DNA of 64,000 nucleotides from Antedon mediterranea (lineage: Eukaryota; Animalia; Echinodermata), in assembly GCF_964355755.1 (NCBI RefSeq), contig NC_092677.1:26895175-26959174 (forward strand). Direction: 5' to 3'. Position numbers and translations under genes: made by a program. Of the stretch, positions 42,101 to 57,100 are shown one piece after another. The notes beneath the pieces are model-generated. The model was not told the origin of the DNA. It ran no database searches and saw only the letters and a program-made list of their open reading frames with translations. Position 1 is the stretch's first letter, and every line of letters starts with the position of its first letter.

Positions 42101-45100
42101 TTTGTCAAACTAGTTTGATAGTGTAGACAGAGCTTAAGAATTGATAAGTGCGATTTTGTTTGTTTATATAATAAATATTGTGATCAGTGACACTAATTAT
42201 ATTGTTTATTCTTCCTCAACAGAGACTTTGTTTTGATAGTGACGGCGAAAAACAAGTTATAGTTGAATCCAACTTGGACACAGTTGAAGGTCTTGCTTAC
42301 GATTGGATCGGAGAAAACCTTTACTTTATGGATTCAGGAACAAACGCTGTCGAAGTTTGCCGTAAAGATGGTTCATTTAGACGTCAACTGTTCAATAGTA
42401 CGGATCAACCTCGGGCGATTGTGCTAGACCCCAAGCGCGGGTAAGTTCAGCTTCTTTATTTGACCAGCCTTCTCCAAGCTGATCTTCGTATTACCTGTGT
42501 CTGTAAATAGGCTGGCCCGCCACAAGATTTCTATCTTCTTGGGCACTGCCTACTTCCTCTTATTGATAACTGTATACTTTTTTATTATCAATTGACTTGT
42601 TATATATTTTACTGGAATTTATTATGTTTACCTCATTTTCTTGAAGGAAGAAATAAATGTTAAGTTAAATTGAATAAGTTTGACTAGCTCTCCCATCCTC
42701 ACCTCCATCTATACATTGAGTGACACTCCAGTTGGAGTTTTTCAATTACATAATCAAAAAAAAAATAATCGCTTTCCTCACTTTTGAGAGTTTTATGTAA
42801 TATTGCTTTAAAAAGATTCTAAAACTGGCTGAAATCTTAAAATTATATTTTGTTGTCTTTGTTCACCATATTTGGGAAAAAATATAACTGTGATATCACA
42901 GTCTATTTTTAGCCAAAATGGTATGATGCAATAAACAATGTGTATGATTATCAAAAAAAAGGTTGCTTTACAATTTCATAAACAGATTTAGAGAGTAAAC
43001 AAACTGTAGTTACTGCAGTAATTGCAGTGAAATATTTATTTTAATGATCTCTTTAGCATTTCTCATCTATTTCTCTTGTTTTCGACAGAGTGATGTACTG
43101 GACAGATTGGGGAACTGAACCTAGTATTAGTATAGGGGACATGGATGGTCGAAATCTCAAAGTTATTGTCAGTACAAATATACATTGGCCCAACGGTATT
43201 ACCATAGACGATACGACTAACAGGCTGTACTGGACAGACGCTTATTACGATCGCATCGAAACATCCGATCTGAATGGTGAACACCGCACAGTTCTCATCT
43301 CTCAGAATGTCCCTCATCCATATTCAATAGCTGTTTTTAAGGTAATGCTACTTGGGTATTGTTACCATTCACTGTCTATAATTGATTTATTCTGTCTGAG
43401 TGACACTTCTCATTGAGGAAGATGTTTACCTTATTTGTGATATATTGCATTTGACCACCACTAACATAGGTACATTTACAATATACACACACTCAGTACT
43501 GTTGTCCTATCAGGCTATTAAAGTAACATAATTAGGGCCAGGGTGCACCAGCCCCTCAGGGCAAGCAGCCCTCCTCATATCAAGCAGCCCCTTCTTTGGT
43601 GCACCAGCCCCTCAGGGCAAGCAGCCCCTTCTTTGGTGCACCATCCCCTCCTCATATCAAGCAGCCCCTCCTTCAGCGCACCCACACTGCTCCATACAAA
43701 TGTATAGCATAATCTTTTTGGAAACATTACAGGATAAGATTTATTGGGATGACTGGTCAGATCGTGCCATTCTGTATGCTGATAAGACTAATGGAGCAAA
43801 CAAGGCCACATTCCTAGAGGACAAAACTGGAATTATGGACTTAAAAATTCTTTCTCACACATCACAACAAGGTACATGTTTTGTTCCCACATCATAACTT
43901 TGGTCATTATCTTTTATTGGAACAAATTCTCATTTTCGATTGATAAATACTTATATTTGTGCAGCAAAATTCAGGGGAAATACACCATAATTAGGAATTG
44001 GCGCAATATAAATGAGCTATGTTTAACCAGCTTGCTTTCCAATTCCAAGATCCAGAGTTCAGACCTGACCTACATTAGTGTCAGTGTTGTAACTCTTAAC
44101 TCCTTCTGTTCCACACACTAAGCCTCAAATTTATAAGCACGATCATTTTTAGTTGATTCATCTGTAATCCACCTTACCATCAACCTATCATCCATATTTG
44201 CAGGTACCAATCCGTGCTCAGAAAATAATGGTGGGTGCAGTCAACTATGCCTTCCTAGGCCTGCTGGTGCTTCAGAACAGCCTGGTATCCATAGGACGTG
44301 TCTGTGTGCCGATGGCTTCAACAGAACAGTAAATGGCTTAAATGAGCAATGCGTCTGTGGACCTAACGAGCACATGACTGCCAATGGCACTTGTATAGTA
44401 AACAGTGAGTCTGATAATAATAATAACAAAAATAATCTCTTTCTTTCTTTCCTTCCTTTTCTTTCTTTTTATTTCTTTTCTTTTCTTTAATTGTTCACAC
44501 TTCAAATACAAATAGTATAAATTCAAGCAGGTATAAATGAAATAATAAATTAATTAAAAATAAGATACTTGTACTTGCTAATCAGAGACATTTGAAAGGA
44601 GGTCAAATAAGTAAAAAACTTTAAGCTTTGACCCCCTGTAAAACTTGAGGATATGGTACATAACACTACAATCTCGCACCCTTACTTATGCTCATTTCGG
44701 GAACAATCACAGTATAGTCCCATGACTCCTAAATATTACCAGTGCTCCTCCTATACTGGTCATATACTATGGTTTAAAATTCTTGAAAACTGTCACTATT
44801 TCTTGAATAATGTGTATATAAAATTGTTAACACTTCACTGCCTCGTCCTATGGATGCAATTGTGTTATTTGTCTGTTTTGTGTTTTCAGAACATGGATCA
44901 TGTAACCCATCACAGTTCTCCTGTGCCAATGGTCAATGTATTCCAAGTTTATGGAAATGCGATCGTGACGACGATTGTGGAGATATGTCAGATGAAAGAG
45001 ATTGTCGTAAGTGTTTCAACATATTTTAATATAGTCTATTACTTGGCTATAATAGTGGTCTGGCGAAATCATCATTCATTTGTTTTTTACTTATTTGACC

Positions 45101-48100
45101 TCCTTAATGTTACAGCATGGAATGCATGCCACTCGGATGAGTTCACGTGCGGAGATGGTACTTGTATTCCCGCTCGCTGGATCTGTGACTACGAAGAGGA
45201 TTGTGCTGATGGAAGCGACGAAATAGAATGTGGTGAGTTTAAAGACAAAACCTTCAGCTCTGTCTGGAGAAATACGTTCTCCATGGTCTACACTATCAAA
45301 CTTTATGTGACAAAAAAGTGTGATGGGCCCATATATGGACATGGTGACATAATACTACCATATATGGGCACATCACACTTTTTTCTTCACATAAAGTTTG
45401 ATTGGGCAGACAGTGCTTTAGACCTCCAATACAGTAGATTAATATTTTATCAAACTATGCACATTTTGTCGTTTCAAAGCAAATATATTTTACCAAATGG
45501 AAGAAATCCTGGAACTTTCATTTCTGAACTTGTTGTGGTCTACAGGTTGCTCAGTTTAATCAGACCAAGTAACTAAATGTAAATTAGGCCCATTTATTCA
45601 GTGCAAATTAGGCCCATTTATTTAGTGCGAATTAGGCCCATTTATTCAGTGCGATGGGCCTAATTCGCACATTTATGTAAACCAAATGTAACATTTTATA
45701 TGTATATTTTGTTAGAATCGGTAACGTGTGAAGATAACAAGTTTCTATGCAACAACGGGAAGTGCATTCCAGAGATTTGGGTTTGTGATTTTGATAACGA
45801 TTGTGGCGACTATTCAGACGAGGACGACGAGCAGTGCAGACATAGTAATATCATCCTTTATTTTTGTATAGTATATTTTTGCATATTCAATGCAGTATTA
45901 TATCCAAAAACCGTTGTCTGACAGATAATTTGAATATATTTTGCTTTAAATTACATTTTTTTCAGGTAAATGATTTTTTTTTCATTTCAGTTTTTGGTCA
46001 AAGTGAATAACTATATTGTGTGAAATTAAAATGGCATATTGAAAATATATTTTTTTAGGGGACAATGTATCTTTAATTAGAAATACAAAACAATAAAATG
46101 AGAATTGATTTTGTTTTTAGCCACGACAGTGTATCCCGGTAGTTGCTCACCCACTCAATTTCAGTGTGATAACGGTCGGTGTATTCGGTTGAGCTGGGAA
46201 TGTGACGGGGATAACGATTGCCTAGATTACTCTGATGAGCGATTCTGTACTGGTTAGTCACATTTTATTTTAATTGGTTTCATTCACATTTATTTGAAAC
46301 AGTCCCAAGAAAAAAAAAAAACATTTTAAACAAAAAGTTAAATGGTAACAATAAATAGGAGTTGTTTTTAGGGGTTGGAAATAGAAGTAAAAGAACTTGT
46401 CTTATACCAACCGCTAAACAGAAAAAGACAAAGAAACAAAGCTCTACATGTCATATCATTTGCTAATTTTAGACAATAATTAATAATTATAAAATATTCA
46501 AAAATCAAATTTTACTACGACACATTATGATTGTATTTGGAAACAGATTGATTAAATATTTTAGTTTTTAGTTGTTTCTGTAGACAGTTCATTCCATAAC
46601 GAAAACAAAAAAGAAGCTGATGCTATTATTGGTGTGATGTCAAAATAGCTACTAGCAATCTCAATGCCATGCTTATGATGAAAGTCAGGATTGAACCTCT
46701 TTCTCTATGTTGGACCCTCACAATTAGAGCTTTTCTATAAGTTATTATTATTATTATAGAAGAAAATGTCACTGTGTTTTTAGGAATAAATTAATTTTTA
46801 ATTGAATGTGAAACTACAGACTAATTGAATCCAATGTCTTTATCCGATACAGTTGAGCCATCATGTTTAGGCTACCAGTTCACGTGCGACAGCGGACAGT
46901 GTATTTACGGAATCTACAAGTGTGACGGAGAGTTTGATTGCTTCGATGGTAGCGATGAAGATGATTGCCGTAAGTGTTTGCTTAAGTAGAAAACTATACT
47001 TACTTTCTTTTTAATTTAATACTCTATCAAGCAAGAAAAACTTTTCTAATTTTTGTGATCATTTAGTAAATAACATGTTGGTACAATATTTGTAATATTA
47101 CAATACCAACCCTTTGGGTTCAGGGCTAATATATACAGAAATACACACTATTCAAATGTTCTTTAAATGTAGAACATATACCATGTATTATTTGTTTTCT
47201 TTACCTTTATGTATAGCAACAATGATGTGGACGACATTCGAGCCACACTGGAATATCACCAGCAGTTGTGCTAGTAATCAGTTTACCTGTTTGAGTGGTG
47301 GCTGTATTCAGTATGATTGGAAATGTGATGGAATTTATGATTGCGACGACTATTCAGATGAATATGATTGTAGTAAGTAACCTGCTGAATTAAAGCTCTG
47401 TCTACACTATCAAACTAGTGTGATGTGCCTAAATATGGTAGTGATATGCCCAAATATGGTAGTAATATGACATCACCATGTCCATATATGGACACATCAC
47501 ATTTCTAAAAAGTTTGATATTATAGACAGAGTTTAATATGATACATTGAGACCGCAGATATGTCTTTCCTAGTGCCAGGCCTCTCCTGGTGCCACACCTC
47601 ATGGGAATATACTAGTCTAATATGATACATTGATACCACAGGTACGTCGTTCCCATGGACCTCTCCAAGTTACAGCTGCGATTCACAAGAGTTTACATGC
47701 AATGGTGGACGTTGCATACCATTAACATGGCAATGCGACGGTGACAATGACTGTGGAGACATGTCTGATGAAAGACATTGTTACAGTAAGTCAGTTTAAT
47801 ACAGGATACATACAAACTAGGCCATGCTTATCGGTCTGCTGTGGACAAGTGTACATGCACTCATTATATATTTATTCACAGTTTTCGATTGACAAGATCA
47901 GAGAATTATTGTTTATGAATGAACATGGTCAAAAACTATTCCATAACCTTTAAAACGAATCAAGTATTGAGACTATTGTACCCTGTGATAGGCCCACCAA
48001 TAGATACTGTTTATGGAGTATTAGTAATAATAAATATAAACACATTAGGCAATGAACATTAATTCATAAATATATATATGAATATTATATTGCGTCGGTT

Positions 48101-51100
48101 TCCATCACAAATTAGATGCTCTTGGCGCATTGACATAATGCAATGAATGAAATCATGTAGTAAAGTCAAAGTCAAGCTGATGATAAAGGTCTTGCAGATT
48201 TAACATGTTCGAGAAGTTGGTTCCAAAGAAATGGAGCTGCAATAGTGTTAACTATTGTGCTCAGTCAATGTATAACACTAAGTATTTCACTAACAAATTA
48301 GACCATATGATAATGTTCAGCAGCCATCTCTTTTATTAGTCTCCAATCCAGTTGTTACATTGCTAATATGAATATATGACAATGATTACTGATGTTTTTA
48401 CTGTTCTTTCCTTTGTTCTGTTTAGGACCCACTTCTTATCCTTCTACTACTGAACCTTACACCTGCGGTTTTTACCGGACATGGTGCGGGCCAGGAGCGC
48501 TTACTCGCTGCGTCTGGAATTGGTATTTGTGTGATGGATCCGATGATTGTGGAAATGGGTATGATGAGCAAAACTGCCAACCTACAACGCCAATGCCTAC
48601 GTGGTATTGGTGGACTACTCCGTCTGGGCCCTGCAATCGTAACCAATTCAGATGTAAAAATGGACAATGCATTCCTTCCGGTTATAAATGTGATGGTTAC
48701 AGTGATTGTATAGATAATAGTGATGAAAAAGATTGCCGTAAGTAGTAGAAATTGAGGGGGTCGAGTGGTAGACCACTCGACTATCATACAGAAAGACCCG
48801 GGTTCAATTCTTTAAAAGAACAACTCCCAGTCCACTCAGCTGTAAATGAGTTCCTGGTTGTTGAAACATATTACGGTTAACCTGTTTATTAAGTAAATGT
48901 TGCTCTTGTCTATTTTGTGAGATCCCTACCTGTATAGACTCTACATATGCCATTATTCCCAATATGGACACCCCTCGAAAGGAAAATGAAATATTCAAGC
49001 CGCCGTAGCCTCTATGTGTATGGTATTAATGGACATAATTCATCATTTTCAGATATACATGGAACAACCCAGGCCCCATGCTCTGAAAATCAATTTCAAT
49101 GTAGGGATGGAGAGCTGTGTATTCCAGTTGACCAAGTCTGCAATGGCATAACGAATTGCGCTGATAATTCGGATGAACACGGTTGTTGTAAGTATCTACA
49201 AGTAAGATGTCATGATACAGATGTTCAATGACATTGTAAAGCTCTGTCTACACTATCAAACTTGTGATGTGCCCATATATGAACATGATGATGTCATATC
49301 ACTACCATATTTTGGCATATCACTACCGTATTTGGGCACATCAAACTAGTTTAATAGTGTAGACAGAGCTTAACGTTGCCATATGGCTTAATATCCATGG
49401 TGTTATGGCAAATGTTTGTTTTTGTTCTTCTCAATAGTATTTGGTTATGTTGTGAGAAACCTGAAAGTATTACCTCAATCAAGTACATCTATTAAAATAC
49501 TTTGGAATGCTCCACAACCACCGCCAAATCAATTATATACATATGAACTACAAAAGAGGTATGTGTAAAGAGTATAATTATTGAAGACAACTAAGTTTGT
49601 ATAGACAAATTAGTGAAGACAACAAAGTTTATATAGACAAATGAATGAAGACAACAAAGTTTATATAGACAAATGAATAAAGACAACAAGGTTTATATAG
49701 ACAAATTAGTGAAGACAAAAAAATTTATATAGACAAATGAATAAAGACAACAAGGTTTATATAGACAAATTAGTGAAGACAACAAAGTGTATATAGACAA
49801 ATGAATAAAGACAACAAGGTTTATATAGACAAATTAGTGAAGACAACAAAGTGTATATAGACAAATGAATAAAGACAACAAGGTTTATATAGACAAATTA
49901 GTGAAGACAACCAAGTGTATATAGACAAATGAATAAAGACAACAAGGTTTATATAAACAACTTAGTGAAGACAACAAAGTGTATATAGACAAATGAATAA
50001 AGACAACAAGGTTTATATAGACAACTTAGTGAAGACAACAAAGTTTATATAGACAAATGAATGAAGACAACAAAGTTTATATAGACAAATTAGTGAAGAC
50101 AGCAAAGTTTATATAGATAAATGAATAAAGACAACAAAGTTTATATAGACAAATTAGTGAAGACAACAAAGTATATATAGACAAATTAGTGAAGACAACA
50201 AAGTTTATATAGATAAATTAGTGAAGATAACAAAGTTTATATAGACTACAACCAAAACATTTATTTAATTTTTTATAGAGAATCATCCTCGCATCAATGG
50301 CCTACTGAATCAAAATCAGTTAGTCAGTATATTTCTGCATACATATGGGGCGACTTGAAACCTTTTACCAAGTACGAATTCAGTGTCAAGGTCAAAACTA
50401 ATGTGACATATGAACGAGTAACAAGTTTGTCTGTCTCCACGGACGAAGGGGGTAAGCTTAAGTTTCAATTTCTTCTTTAAGCAATTCATAGATGTAATTT
50501 TTCTGTTCAGGCTTCATATCCTATGTAAACCTATTATTCTGTATTAACAATCAATTAGTGTTGTGTTTTGGTGCACAGCCTTCTGCAATTATTATTTAAT
50601 TATATTATAATTTTTGTTTATTGATATTAAAATGGGGTTCTTTCTTTTGTAAGCATATACCTGAAGAAGTTTCACCTTTTCTTTGTTTAAATCACATTTT
50701 TTATTATTGTCGTTTTAAAATGTGTTATGTACAAAGAAAATTAAATAAATTGTCAATGTCACCATGACCTAACCAAATTAGTCATAATCTTTTATTTCTA
50801 AAGTTCCTGGTGCGCCAAGGAACTTGGAGGTTGTAAACATTGCAGATCAAAAAGCTAGAGCTACTGTAAATTTAACTTGGATAGCACCATTAAATATTAA
50901 TGGAAACCTTTTGAGTTATCAGGTAAATACAGCTAAAGAATCATGACATTATTTTACTGCAGTTGTAACTACATTTTTTTAATGATTTTGTTTTCTCCAT
51001 TTATCACCACAGTTTTTTTAATTCTAACAGCGGGGAAACTCGCCACTTACATAGAAATAGAGTAAATATATGTAGATTACTTGAAATCTTTCTCATCTTA

Positions 51101-54100
51101 ATGCAAAACATTTATAACTATCAAACACTATCAGAATCAATAGTAATATGTTTTTCAACATGATTAATAAGTAATCTGATACTAATTATTTATGTATTCA
51201 TTATTATAATTTAAATTATGAATATTCATTTTTCATTCAGGTTGAGTACATTTATAATCCTTTTATTGGTGTCTCTCACAAAACTGTTCCTGCTAATTCT
51301 TTATCAACTTTAATATCTGATTTGGAATTCAATAACCAATACATGTTCAAAGTGAGTATTGAAAAACATATTGAAAATAATATATTTTGTACAACCAATG
51401 TTATTATTGTGTTTATTGGTATTGGTATGTGTTGTTATTGAGGGTTGCCTCTGTAGTACTATATTGGTACCATTATAGATAAGGACATTTGTTGGAAGCC
51501 TAATAAAATATACCTTACTAAGAAAGCTAATCAGCACCTGTATTTTCTCAGAAATTTGAAAAACTTCAGGGTTAGTGAGGATATTCTTTATTTATTTTTC
51601 TCTAGTGTTATTGTAAGTGTTCTTTTTACAACTGCATTGTCTGGTTTGCCAGTCTATCAGGAATAAACAAGGATAAATTTAAGAAAGTTATGAAACGAGC
51701 TGGCAGAGTAATTGTAAAACGTGTAAATGTAAAACACGTCGATGATATACATACTGACTATTTATATAAGCATTTTGAAAAGATCATAAACAATACAAAA
51801 CACCCTCTAAATCAGTATATTGTGTATCAAAGGTCAGGTAGGATTAGGCCTCTTAAGGGTCATACTAATCGACACAGAAACTCCTTCCTAGTAAATGCAA
51901 TCCATGAGTTCAACTGTAGATTTTTAAGATAATGTTTCAGTTTAGTATTTATTTATGTTGTAGTGTGGTGAGTTCTTGCAGCAAGCATGTTTGGCCTTTG
52001 AAAATAAAGTTTTCTTGTATCTTGTATCTTGTATGTAGTTTCAGTGAAGGAACTGATCGTTTAGTGTGACCTCAATTTAAAATTTTACTTAAGTTAAAGT
52101 GACATTTGATATTAACTGAACAAGAAATACAGAAAAAGTGAAATATAGAAAGAGTATAATATTTTGTTTGGAAATAATAATTGAACTACAACTAGCCTCG
52201 TCTTAAGTTCTGTCTACACTATCAAACTAAATAAAGTTTGATAGTGTAGACTGAGCTTTACCTGGATCCTTAACTAAATAAAATGAGAAACAAGTAGATG
52301 GATGAATGAATAAATGAGTTGCAAAGTTTTAGAGTGAACCTGAGTTTCAATGTACTGTCTCTGTTTCATTGTACCTAACTTTGTCTTCTGATCTCTGTGT
52401 CTAAAGCTCTGTTTACACTATCAAACTTTATGTGACAGCAAAATGTGATGTGCCCATATATGGACATGATGACATCATATCACTACCATATTTGAGCACA
52501 TCACACTTTTTTGTCAAACTAGTTTGATAGTGTAGACAAAGCTTTACTCTTGTTTTTATTCTGTTATTTCAATTTGTTTGCAGGTTCGGGCACAAACAAA
52601 TGGTGGGTTTGGTCCATTTGTCAATGCAAGTATAACAACAACAAATGATGGTGACCGTGGTAAGTAACATTTTTCGTAGTACACCTTTGAAGATGGGTAG
52701 GGGGTTTGCTCTGGTGTAAGAGTCTACACACGACCTAAAATGGCACTGATATGCTGTCACCTGGTGGAAGCCTCTAGTTGAAAGCTCTGTCTACACTATC
52801 AAACAACAAAATATGATGTGCCCATATATGGACATGATGATGTCATATTACTACCATATTTGGGCATATCACTACCATATTTGGGAACATCACACTTTTT
52901 TGACAAAAACAAACAATAGAACAATTCATTGAAATTACAAATCAATTTATTCAATCATTCAATAAAAACTTTATTATTCCATAGTGAAACTCTGTTGGCC
53001 TTATCAACTGTACATACAGAAGATAAATAAGAAACATAAAAGTTAGAGGAACGATAATATAAAATGATTCTCAAAAGTAAATAAAGTTGGGATTGTGATT
53101 TTTGTTGATGATAATTGTCTTGTTTTCTAGTGATCAGTACTAGCCCAACATCCTTCAAGATCGACAACCCGGTTGATAATAGTCTTCATCTGTCGTGGGA
53201 AGCACCAGATACCAGTGCTGATATTGAGGTACTTACATTCTCTGCATTTTTGTGTTTTATGTTTATTCCCATTTCTAATTTATTCACTACCACTAGAGTA
53301 TTGTAGATTTTACTAGCCCTGTCGGGGACATTTGTCTTTGAATTGGAATTCAAATATTTAATAATACAGCTATCTGTACCAGATGGATGTAACAAACTTG
53401 CTTACAATTACAGTTACTATTATTATTATGTGACATTAAAATGACATATTCAACAAGAAAAAATGTTTTTTTCAGGGGGAAAATACATCTTTAACTAAAA
53501 GTTTATATTTTAAACACTTATTATAATATGTCTTTATTATGCATTCAAGATTCAAGAAATTTTATTTGTCCATAAAAATGGAAATTCACTTTGCTTGGTA
53601 GATTAAAACAACAATAAAAAACAAACATAAAAATGTTGCAACAATTTAAAACATGCAGTATTATAACAGATTAAAATACAAGATAAAAAGTTGAAAATAG
53701 AAAAAACTGTTAAAAATGTAAAACTATTTAAAAATTGCATTATCGTCTTTCATTAGAATTAAAAATATGAATGCTATTTACAACGAAGGATTTTGCATAT
53801 ACTTATATTCAGTTGGTCTATGTATGTTTTTGTGCAGAACTACGTCTTGCTTATCTCATCAGCATTGTGGGAAGGTAAGGTTCGATATCAAGACCGCTAT
53901 AATGAGGCTATTAAGACAACAGAGGTCACAGGTCAGTACACTTGTCAAAGTTCAATATTATTGATCATCAGTGTTTTACTTTTTACTTATAGAAGGTCTC
54001 CGTATTTTTTTATATTTTTTTCAAGCTTTACCATTTGCAGTTTTAGTTTGTCTCTCTAACCTGTTAAGAATGTGTTAAAATGCATGAAGATCAACTTTTT

Positions 54101-57100
54101 TATCAAACTAACTAAAGTGAAATCACAAGTATCTGTGTATGTAGCAGAAGGGTCAACTTTTTCCAATCGCAAAACTGTTTCACAGTTGGCACATTTTGAT
54201 ATATTTATCTTGTAGTGAATAAGCTTTGTTCAGGTACATATTACTCGTTTGAGGTTGCTGCCGCAAATGCTTACTCTGTTGGACCTCATTCATTTGCTGA
54301 TGGTAATACAACTGGAAAGTTTCCACAGGCACCTCTCAATTTAACGGGTGAAGTCCTAAAGGACACTGAGGTGACCCTGCGATGGCATGCCCCAACAAAT
54401 GCCACTAAAGATGTAAGTGTATTGTCCATTCATTCAAAAGTGTGTTCATTCTAGGCCTAACCTTAGCTATAGGATTTACATGTTGAGTCAATTTAAGCTC
54501 AACCTAGATTATATGGGTTTTGCCCATACCATTCATAAAATGTAGGTCATGCTGTAGTCATTTATTTTTTAAGCAACTACCTTGCAATTGAACTGTAGCA
54601 AATTGTCACAAGCCCTTTGGGTATGAAAAAATATTCTTTCAAAATCAATTAATCAAATTGAGCACTGCTTAAAGTAGAGTAGATTTGTTAGGTTATACTA
54701 TAGTTGATTTTGATAAATATTAGCCTAGTTTTAAAGTCCCAATACAAACTTTTTTCATCATATCTAGACGACCTATAAAATATTTTGGACCGAGAGTGGC
54801 GAAGTTATGAAAAAGACGACATCGGCAAATGAAGTCACCATAAAGACGACCTATACAATAACTAACCTGAGGTCAGGGGTCGAATATTACTTTGCAGTGA
54901 GTGTACAAGATCAGAATTGTGAATACACTCAAAAGTCAAACATCATTGCGCTGAGAACAAATTTTAGTAAGTAAAGATTAACATTAACTAGTTTGACAAA
55001 ATAAGTGTGATATACCCAAATATGGTAGTGATATGACATCATGTCCATATATGGGCACATCACATTTTGTTGTCACATAAAGTGAGCTTTGTGAGTTAGG
55101 TTATGTTAATTTGTCGTACACATGCTGGGAAGTTGGGGGGTGCTTCTTAACGCTATTCTTTGACACGTTTGTCATGGTTACCAGGCAACGGTCATAGGTC
55201 AATAAAAAGCCTCCTAATATCAACCATGCATACTGTTTGAAAGATTCTGACTGATGTACAGTACCCCACACTGAGTGACCACAATATATAATTATTGTTT
55301 TTCTTTTTTGTATGTTCAGATTATACTCTTCCACCACGCGAATTAAAATGTTTTGGTAACAGCTTCTTTTCCATCTCTTTAAATTGGGAATCTCCTAGAG
55401 ATGAAGTACTTGAGCCACTGGTAAGGATTTTTTTTATTGTTCTTCTCAATCAGTAATATTCTGAGTATAATCAATTTTATTTTAATTATTTCATTGAGAT
55501 AAAACAAATGTATAAACCAGAATTTGGATAAAAAAACTGCAGGAGACTATGAAAGTGGGACCCAAACAATAGTGGCGCAATAATTTAATAATGAGAAATG
55601 TTACAAACTGGACAATTATTACAATTTGTTAAACCTTAAAACAGACACAAATAATATAAATACCTTTAGTGGTGTTTTGTTTGACATACTGTCAGCTTTT
55701 GATTTGTCTGTACAATCTTGGAGACGCTGTGTAGCCACACCGTTTGCATTGTATTTCGGAACCAGATGAATTTATTTAATACCATGAGAAATGTTGTTTT
55801 ATTTGCAGGATTACCAAATACATTACAATACTAGATATCCAAATAAAACTGATGGACCACCGCAGAATGCAACAACCAATAAGATGTACAAATCTAATGT
55901 AGACTACAACTTGACAGGCCTAGTGCCATCAGCCAACTACGTGATTGATGTTTCTCTTAATGCTCAAAAGGCAACACGAACTCAGAGGGTGCAGTGTAGC
56001 ACAGGTAAACATCTCTTTATATTGTCTAAATAGCTCAGCTATACATTTTACTAGCTCAAATCACATAACAATAGTCAGGGCAAACATACGGATGTGCTTG
56101 CCCAGATAGGCGAGCAAACGGATGTGCTTGCCCAAATGGATGAGCAGACAGATTTGCTTGCCCTGAGTGGTGAGCAAACAGATTTGCTTGCCCAGAGTAG
56201 CGAGCAAACGATTTGCTTGCCCAAATGGATGAGCAAACAGATTTGCTTGCCCAGAGTAGCGAGCAAACGATTTGCTTGCCCAAATGGATGAGCAAACAGA
56301 TTTGCTTGCCCAGAGTATCTCTGGCTTGTAAAAAATTCAGCATATGTTTAATTGTCCATGAATCCATGTTTTTAAATTTCACAACCTAAAATTTTTTATT
56401 TTCCAAACAATTTATTTCCTATTTGATGACATTATTCTTGTGTCCCAATGACAGAAACACAAGAACCACCAGACCTGTTTGTTCAAGTTTTAATTGAGGG
56501 CATCCTTCTTAACTGGCACGCACCAGAGAAATCATTCTACAAAGAATTGGACACACCTATCCCAGAGGTTAGTACATTATGAATGTATTTTTGTACAGTT
56601 TGTATAGCCTAACACATGCGCCTGTGCTTGTTAATCTAAGTTAAAAGCCGTAGACAAAGAGACGTTTTCAGCTTGTGACGTTTCGGACCACAGGGTAAAC
56701 AAAAAATAAAAAAGAACCAATTTATTTCAAGATATAGATATTGATTTTACTACTACAGTAGTAATGACTATAATTTTTATGTTTTTAAATTTTAAATGTA
56801 AATATGTATAATTATGTTTGTATGATGATGTATGTTTAAGCGGATATTAACCCTTGATGGCATTTGCAGCAATAAAGAAATTGAATTGAATTGAATTGAA
56901 TTGAATTTTAATAATCAGTTGTTGTATATAATGCATAGCACACTCTCTACTGTTGATATTTATTTTTAATGTGAAAAGCATTTAAATAACATTTAGAAAA
57001 CAAACGGTAGTCAACCTCTGTAAGGACTAAAACTTGATAACTTTCACAGGGGCCAAAACAACCCAGGGGTCAAAACATCCCAGGGGTCAAAACATCCCAG

